Counted from the first letter of the stretch, positions 1 to 11,426 are shown. The stretch is DNA of 57,071 nucleotides from Hemiscyllium ocellatum (GCF_020745735.1 NW_026867728.1:62001-119071), one strand, 5' to 3'. Notes: generated by a model not told the origin, from the sequence alone. Translations and numbers: made by a program.

Positions 1-720
1 TTGGTCATTAATGAGAACATGACCGACTTGGATTTCCAGATGGTCTTTGACAAGGTGTTTCAGTGGAAGCTGCTAAATAAGATAAAAGCCCATGGTGTTA
101 GGGATTGGAGTGGTGTGATAATACACAGGCTTTCAGAGGTATATTTTATCCTGGTATTTATTTTCCATGAAAAGAGGTTGAGATAGAGGTGAAAAAAAGT
201 CTTTTTCAAAACATTAAAGTGAACAGCTTGTGAGGCCTTGGGTGTTTTTTTCACAAGTTGAAACAATAGAAGCACCCTGAACGAGTGGGGTTAAGCTCCT
301 ACATAACCAGGATTTCAGTTTAACTTTGATAAGCTGCTGGGGTTTGGAAGCTGCTATACATTGTTTCCTGAAGGCAAATGGAATATTATCCTTCATTGTA
401 AGAGGGATGGAGTTTAAAAAGATGGAGGTTATGCTGCAGCTGTATAGGGGGCTGGTGAGACCACACCTGCAGTATTGTCTCCTTAATTCCGAAAGGATGC
501 ACTGGGACTGGAGATAGTGCAGGGGAGGTTCACTTGGTTAATTCCAGAATTGAGGGGCTTGGCTTATGAGGGAAGATTGAGTCGGCTGAGACTACATTCA
601 TTGGAATTTGGAAGAATGATGGGGGACTATGATAAAAATATGTAAAATTATGAAGGAAATGGATAAGGTAGAAGCAGGGAGGTTGTTTCCACTGGTGGGT
701 GAAACTAGAACTAGGGGGCA
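1..720 (+). mobile_element. Degenerate CR1 LINE RT fragments
   Basis: DFQMVFDKV..KIKAHGVR and MLQLYRGLVRPHLQYC motifs, with stops and frameshifts. Confidence 0.8.
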
Positions 721-849
721 TCAGCCTTTTGTTATAAAGCCTCAAATTATCTTGAGAATGTGACTTAAATAAAGTTCTGGTATTTACACATTAATGAATC
801 AAAACCAGCAAATCCATTCTAAAAGATGAAAGACTGAATAATCAAGGTT

Positions 850-1036
850 TGTTCAATGTATCATTGTATCACTGTAATCTATTGCCAGAAATTCTGTGTC
901 TTATGGTCCTGTTTCACACCACCTGATGAAGGAGCAGCGCTCCGAAAGCTAGTGCTTCCAAATAAACCTATAACCTGGTGTTGTGTGATTTTTAACTTTG
1001 TCCACCCCAGTCCACCACCAGCTCCTCCACATCTTG
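850..1036 (+). mobile_element. Penelope-like element 3' tail (family B) with hammerhead motif
   Basis: Same tail as 34068-34140 (-) and 47745-47956. Confidence 0.7.
920..954 (+). ncRNA. Minimal type-I hammerhead ribozyme motif (family B)
   Basis: CAC-CTGATGA-a-GGAGC(agc)GCTCC-GAA-AGCT-A-GTG: stem I CAC/GTG, stem II 5 bp, palindromic AGCU stem III, predicted CUA cleavage site. Confidence 0.65.
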
Positions 1037-2765
1037 TAAATGAATTCTGTTTTGTTTAAAACTAAGTGGTTTGACCAGCCAATTCTCTCCTGCAATATCC
1101 ACTTTACACCTGTTTAAAACAACGAGCAAAGTCCAGAATGGGGACTCTTTACAGGATTTGTTGTTTAGTTGCAAACTGGGATTCGAGTTGTTGGACTTGA
1201 AGGCAGCGAATGGTAAGTGTTAGTGTCTGTTGTTCTGGATGTTGGTTTTGGTTGGTGTTGCTTGGTGTAGTCAGGGCTCTTTCAGTCAGCAAAAGTTTTC
1301 TGGGGATGGAGGAAGTGACCTTGGGGGTTTTACAAAAAGGTGGTTAAAGCCAAGCTGTGGGAATGAGCAAACAAGCTGGAGTTGGAGCTGCCTCCTTCCG
1401 CGAGGAAAGGACAGATACTTACAGCAGGAGCTCAACATTTAAATTTGTTGGAAACACCATCAGAATCTATAGAGATGGCTAAAGTTCAGTTGAAAATGAA
1501 GCAGCTTGGGTTAGAGGCAAAAGAAAAAAACCCAAGGACAACCGAACCTTGTTAAAGGAGCAGCTTCTTCACAAAAGGAATTTCAGGTTATGGTCAGCAA
1601 GTGGGTAAGGACAGCGGAGTCCATGGAAAGGTCACCCATGGTCTTATTGGATGGTGGGGCAGGCTCAATGGGAGAACAGGCTCAAGGTAAGAAATAAAGG
1701 GTGAGAGGAGAGTTGAGGAGAGATACGTTTTCATACAGAGGGATTTAAGAGTTTGGCACTCACTGTCTGAAAGAGTGTTAGGGTTAGAAATGCGAGTAAC
1801 TTTTAAGCATATTTTGGGATTTAGTAGACTTCCCATTTGCCTCTTCAGTAGCCTGCATCTCTGCTGTCTTACTTCTTTTTAATATTTTAAACTTCTGTCC
1901 AATTGACTTCCACCTCCCACCTCTACCCATCCCCCATTAATTAGTTTAAAACCCTCAAAACAGTTGGTAAAAAAGGCACAAAGATCAAGAGCTGTATTCT
2001 GGGGGAAGTATAGTCAGATTTTTGTTAACTCACACACAAACGATGGTCCAAATGACCTCTTTCTATGCAGTAAATGTCTAAGAGTCCATGAATCGATAAT
2101 GAAACCTGAAAGCAATGAATCTTCACATGAGGATTAGTTAATTGTCTCTGACCGACAGTAATTAACACTCGTCATATTGACAGAAGAGCTTTGAGGCTGA
2201 AACAGACAAGTTGGAACTTTCTACATTGAGTTTAGTTTGTATCTACCAGAGAAAGGTTGTCACTGCACATCATTCAGGAAATCTCAATGGTCAACCAACT
2301 GCATGGTTTAGTGACAGCAAGTGGAACATTTTGACTTTCTGGGTTCTGTATTTGTAGTATTATTTGTAAGAAATTAAGGCAAACACTTTTGTCTCATCAT
2401 TGTCACTTCTCAATCAGTTCTGTCCCAGGATCTCTCTGAAACCTGGGTGTGCCTGCAGTGTTCTGTACCTCCCCTCACTCTCTGGAAGGTCACATGAGTT
2501 TCTATGGGCTGTGTCCCACATGGAGCTCTGATGGGAATATTTTGGCAGCTTCAGGTAAGCGATGTTATCCTGGCTTCATTTTTTCCTGAAGGTAATGATT
2601 TCTCCCTGATGAAGAAATCATGGTGAAGGAAAAGGCACATTGTGCTGAACAGCAACAGGTTTGGGAACTAAATGCCAGACAGCAGACGGGTCTTCAGCTG
2701 GAATTATCAGCAATTGTATTATGAACAAATTCGGATTTGAAACGTCAGTGTTAGAAAGTACTTAC

Positions 2766-2829
2766 TGTAAGCCTGCACTGAGACTGACAGGAGGACTGCA
2801 GAAAGACAAACATAGAGGGACATCATCAT
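2766..2829 (-). CDS. Paralogous signal-peptide exon MMMSLYVCLSAVLLSVSVQAY; this gene continues off the left edge of the window
   Basis: Reverse-strand ATG, hydrophobic core, VQA motif and phase-1 donor TACA|gtaagt. Homologous to 39756-39816 with several synonymous changes (TCC/TCT, CTC/CTG, GTG/GTA). Confidence 0.72.
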
Positions 2830-2929
2830 CAATTCTTCACTCGCTCGCTGTCCTCCTTCTCCAGAAAAATATGAAGTTACTTGACGTCCTGTGCACCAAT
2901 GAAGAAATGTTGATCAGTGTAAACGATCT

Positions 2930-3015
2930 GAAGCAGGAGGAGGAAGTCTGTATGTGGTCAGTAAGAGCCGAGAGGATGACAAAACTGTTGTAAAACTGAA
3001 GGCACCAACCACAGC
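2930..3015 (-). promoter_or_regulatory. Candidate myeloid-type promoter motifs upstream of the minus-strand leader exon (RUNX AACCACA 3007-3013; ETS/PU.1 GAGGAAGT 2940-2947)
   Basis: Consensus matches 110-185 bp upstream of the ATG, in the same positions as in the paralog at 39568-39690. Confidence 0.4.
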
Positions 3016-3149
3016 AACTGTTGAGAAAACAGGATGTTGCATCAGCTTCCAATACATTCCACAAAATCCTTAACGTCAACGTCAAAAACTCTGAGAGCTC
3101 GGGCTGCACAGTGTTAACGACAAACTAAAGCTCACATCTCCATGAAAAA

Positions 3150-3560
3150 ACAAACTCCCAGGACAGGGACAGTTAGAGAGAGAGTGAATTTTTCTCAACT
3201 CTTTTAAACCGAAATTAATATTCCCTCAACAGCGTCTCCACCAAACCCTCATCAGGCACAAACAGCACAAGGTAGGACACTCAGGACACTCAGTAAAGAC
3301 CCCTCTCTGCTGTCTCCATCAAATACTGTCAGGACACAAACAGTTCAATTTTAACTGCAGAGTAAAGCTCTCTCGACACCGTCCCTATCAATCACTCCCA
3401 GTACAGTGACAGTCTGGGGTTGAATATGGAGTAAACATTCCTCTCAAAGACATCCAGGGCAGGGAGACCACACGGCCAGATTCAGAGTAAAGCTGTTCCC
3501 ATCAAACACTCTGAGTCAGTAACAGTACAGGATCAGAAAAAGAGTTTAGCTCCTTCTCTC
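3150..3560 (+). repeat. Degenerate ~70-bp-unit minisatellite (actcccaggacagggacag...cagagtaaagctc...gtccccatcaa)
   Basis: Motifs agtaaag, ccatcaa and ctccca-g-acag recur at about 70-bp spacing. Reverse copies lie at 39410-39520. Confidence 0.6.
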
Positions 3561-4049
3561 TGGTAACCCACATCCCCCTGTATCACTGAAGGGAGAGGGA
3601 CTGGAGCCACAGATTCAGGCTGCTATTCTGGACCTTCCGTCCTGAACACACACCCTGGGGATACGGGGTGAGCCAGGATCACAGATCACTGACTAGTTAA
3701 ACACTAATCCATGTGTAGACAGATGCAGATTCAATGAGACTGGTTTGAATCGACATAGCAGACTCACACAGACAATTATTTTTAGTGCCATTAAAACCAA
3801 CCACAGGGTTTCACAGGACACCAAATTCTGTTGTGGTTGCTGAAGCCAGAGCATGGTTTGAATGTTATTTCTGCAGTTCCCACAATTTCTTTCTCTGAGC
3901 CCTGACACATTGGGCTGGACTTTCATTTGTTTTTGTCCAAGATGCACTAATGTTTTTTTGAGCATTTTTACCTTACTCATTCTGACTCCATTACAAAAAG
4001 GCAAGGCTCACTGGGAGCACCCAGGGATATTGTTAGGGTGAGAATTGCA

Positions 4050-5770
4050 GGGGTTTGACCAAGTTACACTAAAGGAATGACAGTATGTTTCCAAGCCAGA
4101 ACAGTGGGTGGCTTGGAGGGTAACGGTAATTCAATGTATGTCCTACCCTTATCCTTCCAGATGGTCATGGGTTTGGAAGGTTCTGTGTCAGAGTCTCTGG
4201 TAACTTTCTGCAGTGCATCTTGTAGACAATACACACTGCCACATTTGAGTGTCGGTGGTGGTTGGAGTGGATGTTTGTGGATGTGGTGACATATAAGTGG
4301 GCTGGTCTCTCCTAGACGGCGTCCTGTATCTTGAGTGCTGGTAAAGCTGCACCCATCCAGGCAAGTGGGCAGTATTCCAACACACTCCTGACTTCTGTCT
4401 TGTAGATGGTGGACAGGCTTTTGGGAGTCAGGAAATGAGTTACCCATTGCAGTTTTCCGAGACTCAGATCTGCTCTTGTAGCCATTGTGTTTATGTGGCA
4501 AGTTCAGCTGAATCTTTGGTCAATGCTAATCCTAAGGGTGTTGACAGTGGGAGATTCAGTGATGGTAACACCATGAAATGTCAAGTGGCAGACTCTTATT
4601 GGAGATACTCATTGCCTGATATTTGTGTGGCACAACTATTACTTGTCAACACAAACCTGATATTGACACATTCTTGTTGCATTTAAAGTATCAGAGAAGT
4701 TGCGAATGGTGCTGAAAATTATGCAATCATTGGCAAACATCCTCACTTCTGACCTTCTGATGGAGGGAAGGTCATTGATGAAGCAGCTGAAGATGGTTAG
4801 GCCAAGGAGACTACACCACACTAATGTCCTGAAGCTCAGATGATGGGCCTCCAAAAACCAGAAACATTTTTTTGTGCGGGGATGACTCCGAACAGTGGAA
4901 GGTGGCCCCAATCCTCAAACACTCTCATTTTGCTCGGGCTCCTTGATGACACACTCAAAACAATGTGGGCTTGATATCAAGGGCAGTCATTCCCACCCCC
5001 CTCATGGAAGTCAGATCTTTTGTCCATATTGTCCAGGAGATGCCAGTGTTTTAACTGGGTGGGCTTGACTCAGGAAGTGGAAAACAGAGGGGCACAAGCT
5101 TTTAGCACGATTACTAGAAAGTTCTCAGGCCTTAGCACTGTCCAGTGCCTCCAGCCATTTCTTGTGGAGTTTTCATGTGGAATAAATCCAATTGGCTGAA
5201 GTCTAGTATCAGTATTGCTGTGAATCACTGGAGGAGGCCAGGATGGGTCACTCACTTGGCACTTTGAAGGTTGCTGCAAATGCTTCAGCCTTATCTTTTG
5301 CACTGATATATTGGGCTCTTCCATCATTGAAGACAGGGATAGTTCTGGAGTCACCTCTTCCATGACTGAGTGTGGCAGGACTGCAGAAATTAGATCTGAC
5401 TGTTGGGTGTGGAATCACTGAGCTATCATTTGCTCCTCGTGCTCTTTGGCACGCAAGTCCGCCTGTCTGGTTGCTTCTCCAGACCGACACCTCAGTTATA
5501 GGTGTGCCTGTTGTTGCTCCTTGCATGCCGTCCTGCACACTCTATTGAACCTGGAGTAATCCCCTGGCTGAATGGTAATCCTTGAGTGAGGGAGCTGTCA
5601 CACTCTAAGGTTATAGATGTGCTGGAGTGCAATTTTGCTGCTGATGATGGCCCACAGTGTCTCATGGATGTGCAGGCAGGAGTTGCTAGATCTGTTCAAA
5701 CTCTATCCCATTTGACATGGTGATAGTGCCCCACAACATGGTGGAGGAGACCTTTTGTCAGGAAACACAC
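4050..5770 (-). mobile_element. CR1/L2-group LINE ORF2 fragment (RT region)
   Basis: LLGLTIFSCFINDLPSIRRSEVRMFANDCIIF (FADD-like), ISAKDKAEAFAATF; frameshifted. Confidence 0.8.
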
Positions 5771-6639
5771 ACACACGTACACTCATAAACTAAACATTGA
5801 TCTTTGGGTGGGGGGGATGCCCCATAAAACAGTTTCAATGGTCCCCTGTACACAAGACCTGCTGAGATGCTTTTTGTGCTGATCAGAATGGTGCTCCTTG
5901 GTCTTCCTGCTCCTCGTCAGTTATATCTGCAATAAAAAAAATAAAAATGTCTGCAATAAACAGAAATCAGAGCAGCTCAGAATTATAATTTTTGTTTGAG
6001 GGGAATTACATGAAAGGGGAACATTTCCCCCAACAATTGTACATTTATTTTATTCATTGATAGGATGGGTGTATTACTGGGAGAAAGTGAGGACTGCAGA
6101 TGCCCAGAGAGCAACCAAAACCCAACCATACTGTGGTGGGTCTGGGGTCAGGTATAGGCCGGTCCCTGTAATGATGGCATTTTCTGTCCATAAGGACATG
6201 ACTGACCCAGATGGATATTTCCTGACAAGCAGTGATGGGTTTGTAGTCACAATTAGACACTTAATTACAAAATGTTTTGTATTTAAATTCTACCATCCCT
6301 TGTGGTATAATTCAAATCCAGACCCCCAGAACATTACCTGGTTCACTGCATTAACTGTCCAGCAATTTACCATGATGCTCTCACATCCCCTTTTCCCTCA
6401 TTCTCTTCCTGACCGGGATAAATTCACTGGGAAAGACAAACTGTTGACTGACGGTCAGGTCCCACCCAATAGGAACGTGGAGAATCTGTTTGTTTTCTGG
6501 TTGGTGCATAAAAGCAACACCCCAATGAAGCTGGGCAGGTTGGCAGACCAATGGCAGAACATTGGAGGGAGGAGGTGGGGTTTGAAAGTCGTGGGATCAA
6601 ACCCCCATGATCTGACTGGACAGCATTAGAGATACCAGG

Positions 6640-7570
6640 AACAAGGAAATGGGTTACAACCTCTGTTTTCTTATTCCGTGGGGCCAACAGTCCATGTCCG
6701 ATGACATGGCCCCGGAACTTGACTTGAGCTTTTCCGAATTCACTCTTAGCCAGGTTAATTACAGGGTCAGTCTCCAAATGTCAGTCAAATAATTCCAATC
6801 AATAAATGTTCCTTCCATGTGTAATTAAATATCACAAGGTCATCAATGTATACCGCAAAATTCGGTTATTCAGAAATGACTTATTGGTTAGTCTTTGAAA
6901 TGTGGCAGGAGCATTTTTCATCACAATTGCCATGCCTTTAAATTGGTATTGTCCAATTGGTCAGGGAAAGTCAGGACTGCAGATGCTGGAGATCAGTGTC
7001 AAAAACTGTGGTACTGGAAAAGGACAGCGGTCAGACAGCATCTAAGGAGCAGGAGAGTCGGAGATTCGAGCATAAGCTGAATACTTCCCAGTTTATTCTC
7101 AAATATCTCTCCATGCGATAGTAATAACTCTTTCAGGTCATTTAAATTTTCCTCTGGAAGTTAACTCAATAGTTTATCCCAAGTTTTGAGATCTTCCTCA
7201 TTGTCCAAATTAATTTGAGAGATGTCCAATTCAGAATCCTCTGAACTTGCTTCTTCACTCTGTGTTGTAACCAGTAACACCTTCTCCTTTTGCTTTCATT
7301 GCATATTGAAATACCTTGTGCGCATAATCACCTGATACATTCTGTGAAATTTCTTTTCTAACTGGAACCCTTATCAAATAATTCACCTCACTCAATCTCC
7401 TTTTGATTTGTTAAGATCCACTAAACCTTGCTTTTAAAGTTTCACCTCTCACTGGAAAAACACTGACACTATCTCTTTGAGTAAAATTGCAACTTTTTGG
7501 TTTTCTTGTCTCCTTCCTGTTTCATCACATGCTGTGCTATTTTAACTGCTGTTGAGCCTACTCTCTTGCT
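6640..7570 (-). mobile_element. Gypsy pol fragment with integrase C-terminus upstream of RT (Gmr1-like order)
   Basis: On the minus strand: GETLKARFSGS*QIKRRLSEVNYLIRVP (GPY/F-type IN tail, ~7350-7470), then a linker, then KNAPATFQRL...VYIDDLVIF...INLAKSEFGKAQV (RT, 6640-6958). Confidence 0.75.
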
Positions 7571-7935
7571 TTATTTAACTGTTCACTAAAACTTTGACAC
7601 ATAGATACAGTCTGCAGTTAAGTGAGAATTGGGCAACATGATCTCTGATAAGGCATGACAAGAGATGGCAAAGAAAACTGAAGATGGATATGGGTTCAAG
7701 ATTGAGACATGGAGCAACATGTGAGGGCCTTTGGATCAGCGGGCGGGAGTATGTGAGGGATGGCACACAGGCACAGCATCAGAAACAAATTCTGATGAAA
7801 CTGACTCACTCCCAAATAAGGTTAACATTGAAGACCATAGAGTAAAAAATGAGGTCTGCAGATGCTGGAGATCACAGCTGCAAATGTGTTGCTGGTCAAA
7901 GCACAGCAGGTTAGGCAGCATCTCAGGAATAGAGA

Positions 7936-7971
7936 ATTCGACGTTTCGAGCATAAGCCCTTCATCAGGAAT
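7936..7971 (-). ncRNA. Minimal hammerhead ribozyme motif (family A), reverse copy
   Basis: Exact reverse complement of 8204-8239. Confidence 0.7.
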
Positions 7972-8203
7972 AAGAGAGAGAGAGCCAAGCCGGCTGAGAT
8001 AAAAGGTAGGGAGGAGGGACTAGGGGGAGGGGCGATGGAGGTGGGATAGGTGGAAGGAGGTCAAGGTGAGGGTGATAGGCCGGAGTGGGGTGGGGGCGGA
8101 GAGGTCAGGAAGAGGATTGCAGGTTAGGAGGGCGGTGCTGAGTTGAGGGAACCGACTGAGACAAGGTGGGGGTTATCTCAGCCGGCTTGGCTCTCTCTCT
8201 CTT

Positions 8204-8239
8204 ATTCCTGATGAAGGGCTTATGCTCGAAACGTCGAAT
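8204..8239 (+). ncRNA. Minimal type-I hammerhead ribozyme motif (family A)
   Basis: ATTC-CTGATGA-a-GGGC(ttat)GCTC-GAA-ACGT-C-GAAT: stem I ATTC/GAAT, palindromic ACGU, predicted GUC cleavage. Confidence 0.7.
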
Positions 8240-10112
8240 TCTCTATTCCTGAGATGCTGCCTAACCTGCTGTGCATTGAAGACCATAGGACACAGGAAGC
8301 GAAGTGGGCCATTCATCCCATCAGGGTCTCGCAGGTACAGTGCTGCTGTGACAGAGGGGTTGGGAGCATATGAAATGGGAACCATTCACAAACAGGAAAC
8401 TCCAAACAGAGATGTGACTGTCACTCCTTTTACCAGGATATGAATATCATTGTCCTTTCTCTGTGGAAATAAATGCTTTTCTTTCTGTCTGAGAGAAAAG
8501 ATGTCAGATGCTGGTGTGACTGTATGTGTTCCAAGATATTCACAATCCTGAGTAGACCATCCTGGAGTATGTGGTCATTCTGTGTACCCCACCTGCAGAA
8601 GGATGACCTGTACTGGGCTGAGTCGGAGTACAGAGCAGGTTTATTGAAGTGATAGTTTGTCTCCATGCGTTGAAAAATCAGAACGGGTTAAAGAGAGAAA
8701 AAGAGCTTCATTGTGGCACAGAAAAAGACCATTCAGCCCATCAAGTCCAAGCTAACTATCTGCCACATAATCCCGTGTGTCCCATTCACTGCTCTATCCC
8801 CAAAGCCCTGCAAATTTATTTCCCTCAGTTTCTGGTCTCATTTTTTTCATCAATAATTGATCATCTTCAACCAACCGAATAGGCAGCATGTTCTGCACAT
8901 TTCCAGTCAATGCATCAACAGAACCACTTGCCCATTTACATTTTCTCAAACTTTTAAACCTGATCCGAATTCTTGTGCCATCACCTACTGGACAGAGTTC
9001 CTTTTTTTTTGTCTGCCTTATCTTGATCTGTTATAATCTTGTACATCTCTATCGAAATGATTCTCAACCTGTATTCTTCAAGGAAAATAGCCATTTCTCT
9101 AAAACAATCCTCTGACTATATTTTCTGCGTCTCTGAGCCATTCTGGTACAAGTGCGCTCCACCCCTCAAGAGCTCTCACATCCTTCCTGACCAGAACTCT
9201 GGTGACTAGAATTGGATGCAACACTTGACTGCCTCATAACCAGAGCTGAATCAAAGGTTAGCATCTTCTCCATGAGATTGTTCTCATTAACAATAATAAT
9301 AAAGCCCAAGATCCCATATATGGTGCTTTCTGATTATGTCCTGTCATCTTTAAAGATAGGTGCACATTAACCTCCTGCTCCCTCTGTCCTTGCATACTCT
9401 CGACATCTGTGTCATTCAAATATACACTCCCTCTCTGCATCGTTTCTCTCAAAATGCATCAACTCACTGTGTTTGAAAGAAGAGATATATTCAATTCAAA
9501 ATGCTAACTCTGGCTGTACAATTTCCTTTCCACTCAGGTTTCCTGGGTTATTTATAAGAAATAAAACTCCATGGGCTCACCACTTCCTGGGTGAAGAAAT
9601 CCCCAGGGGCATCTGTAGAGTGAATGCAGAGTTAATGCTGTGTGTCTAATCCAGTTATGTCTTCTGAAGAACGGTCACTGGACTCCAAACATGAAGTCTG
9701 CTTTCTCTCCACTGATGTTGCCAGACCCGTTGAGTTTCACCAGCAGTTTCCGTTTTTGTTTCTGATTTCCAGAATCCACAGTTCTTTGCCATTATTTGGA
9801 TTCGCTGTGGTGAGTGATTGTCTTTCAGATTGGAGGGAAGTGTGCTGTCCTGTTAAAACAATTCTCTTTTTGAACGATGTGTATGACCTGGACTTAGGTA
9901 TACAGGACAGAATTTTAATACTTGCAGAGACACAATGAAAAGAAAACATTCAATGATCCTCAAAATTACTGAATCATTCCTAATGAGACATGACAAAAAC
10001 AGATCTTGATCAACAAGAGTATAATTTTACGAAAAATGAATAATTCCTTATGAAGAACAGAACTTAGCAAAGCACAGATAAACTATAAGACAATATAACT
10101 GATATATACTAT

Positions 10113-10886
10113 TGTTATGAAGTTGAAGGTCTGTACTGTACCTTTAAGAGAGAGAGTCTGCTGTTCTCAACAGATAGTTTACAAACACCTGTGTATATAA
10201 CTAGACAGCAGTCCCAGAGTTTACTGGAAAATTGAAAATATGTAACATTTGGCTGTGAAATGGATACCTAAGTTTTGGTTGCTGTTTTGACAACAAAATT
10301 CCAATTTAACCCATCAGTTTAAATTATGCCCCAACGTACTAAAACCCAGTCATGTTTGAATTTATTGTTTTGCCAACATTGAGCCAGTGAGACAATCTGA
10401 TATTAGGGTATAAAAATGCAGGCATTTTGAAAATTGGAGGGAGAGCAACTACTATCGAGATAGATTTAACTAACTAGGAAACACTCTCTATCAAAGGTAG
10501 CTTTCCATGTGAAACATACTCCCAATGAAAGAAATTAGATGACCCAGGGAATTCAGCAGCTGGAAGTGTAATGGCACAGAAGTAGACAGCGGCTGTATGG
10601 TTTTGAAATTAAATTGATGTAACTTTCATAAATGTCTTATTGGAACAGTATATTGTTATGGAGTTGGAGGCAGGGAATAAGCAGTTGAGAGATGGGGGTC
10701 TTAGCGTTGTGAATAGTTGTTGTTTAATGTTCACTTCATAGTTAAACAATAAATTGATGTTATTTTTTTCAAATAGTTGAATTTGGGAGTTCTCTGTCAT
10801 ATATATTTGAACAGATTAAGAGGCGAGGTGAGCTTTTTTGGGTGTTTGGTTTCATTAACAGAGTGGTTCACCACCGTGTCATAACA
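10113..10886 (+). mobile_element. Solo LTR (774 bp) of a Gypsy-type element
   Basis: Termini TGTTATGA...TCATAACA form a perfect 8-bp inverted repeat. Flanks ctat/caat look like a 4-bp TSD with one mismatch. Homologous to 55395-56063. Confidence 0.85.
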
Positions 10887-10953
10887 CAATCTAAGTCAAA
10901 TCTTCTCTGGTCATAAACATCCAATCAGACATCTCTCTCACAAATGCCTGCGC

Positions 10954-10960
<7 letters not shown>

Positions 10961-11027
<67 letters not shown>
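10961..11027. repeat. (CA)n microsatellite
   Basis: Directly visible. Confidence 0.98.
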
Positions 11028-11032
<5 letters not shown>

Positions 11033-11245
11033 ATAAATTGAGAAAGGAAATGCAAGAATTGTATTGTTCAGCTGGATGCCAGGCTTTCATGAGACCTTTG
11101 GATAATGGGTTGTATGACAGGCGCATAGGACTGTCCATCTGGCTTGAATTCCAAAGTCCCTGGGCAATGTCAGCAGCTTCTGCAGACCTCGAGACACTTT
11201 TATTTATTTCTCACAGACTGGGATTCTTTTCTCAGAACAAGACAG

Positions 11246-11426
11246 NNNNNNNNNNNNNNNNNNNNNNNNNNNNNNNNNNNNNNNNNNNNNNNNNNNNNNN
11301 NNNNNNNNNNNNNNNNNNNNNNNNNNNNNNNNNNNNNNNNNNNNNNNNNNNNNNNNNNNNNNNNNNNNNNNNNNNNNNNNNNNNNNNNNNNNNNNNNNNN
11401 NNNNNNNNNNNNNNNNNNNNNNNNNN
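11246..11426. other. Assembly gap (181 N)
   Basis: Run of N. Confidence 1.

Larger units (their letters stand above)
728..1900 (+). mobile_element. Decayed Gypsy-type LTR element remnant (LTR part plus gag-like piece)
   Basis: Starts tgttataaag. Gag-like ETPSESIEMAKVQLKMKQLGLEAKEK at about 1450-1530. Interrupted by a Penelope tail. Confidence 0.45.
2040..3350 (-). repeat. Segmental duplication, inverted relative to 39400-40110 (promoter, leader exon and start of intron 1)
   Basis: Collinear blocks align by eye, e.g. gtgccttttccttcac/cagggagaaatcatt, ttagacattta and ggttgctgtggttggtgcc. This copy has about 430 extra bp (2150-2585). Confidence 0.8.
7841..8274 (-). mobile_element. Young 5'-truncated Penelope element with inverted terminal copy and 15-bp TSD
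   Basis: Near-identical to 20335-20625. Perfect 102-bp inverted repeat 7901-8002/8173-8274. TSD cattgaagaccatag at 7826-7840 and 8274-8288. Confidence 0.9.

Noticed and set aside
2661-2993. Track ORFs 2661-2993 (+) and 39616-39933 (-) that resemble each other
   Set aside because: The similarity reflects the DNA duplication read on the non-coding strand; the real coding unit is the short leader exon on the other strand.
3150-3560. Regularly spaced repeats suggestive of a CRISPR array
   Set aside because: Eukaryotic context, degenerate units without unique spacers and no cas genes; this is a minisatellite.
3693-4004. Minus-strand ORF containing LWLVLMALKIIVCVSLL, resembling a Siglec-15 transmembrane segment with a central Lys
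   Set aside because: A gtgagt donor cuts the hydrophobic stretch in phase 0, candidate acceptors lack a polypyrimidine tract, phase-1 readings hit a stop, and there is little room for tail exons before the next promoter. Probably chance, though worth rechecking with RNA-seq.
6057-6629. 190-aa plus-strand ORF
   Set aside because: No recognisable domain. It starts in a Penelope tail fragment and runs through unassigned sequence towards the Gypsy remnant; no splice support.
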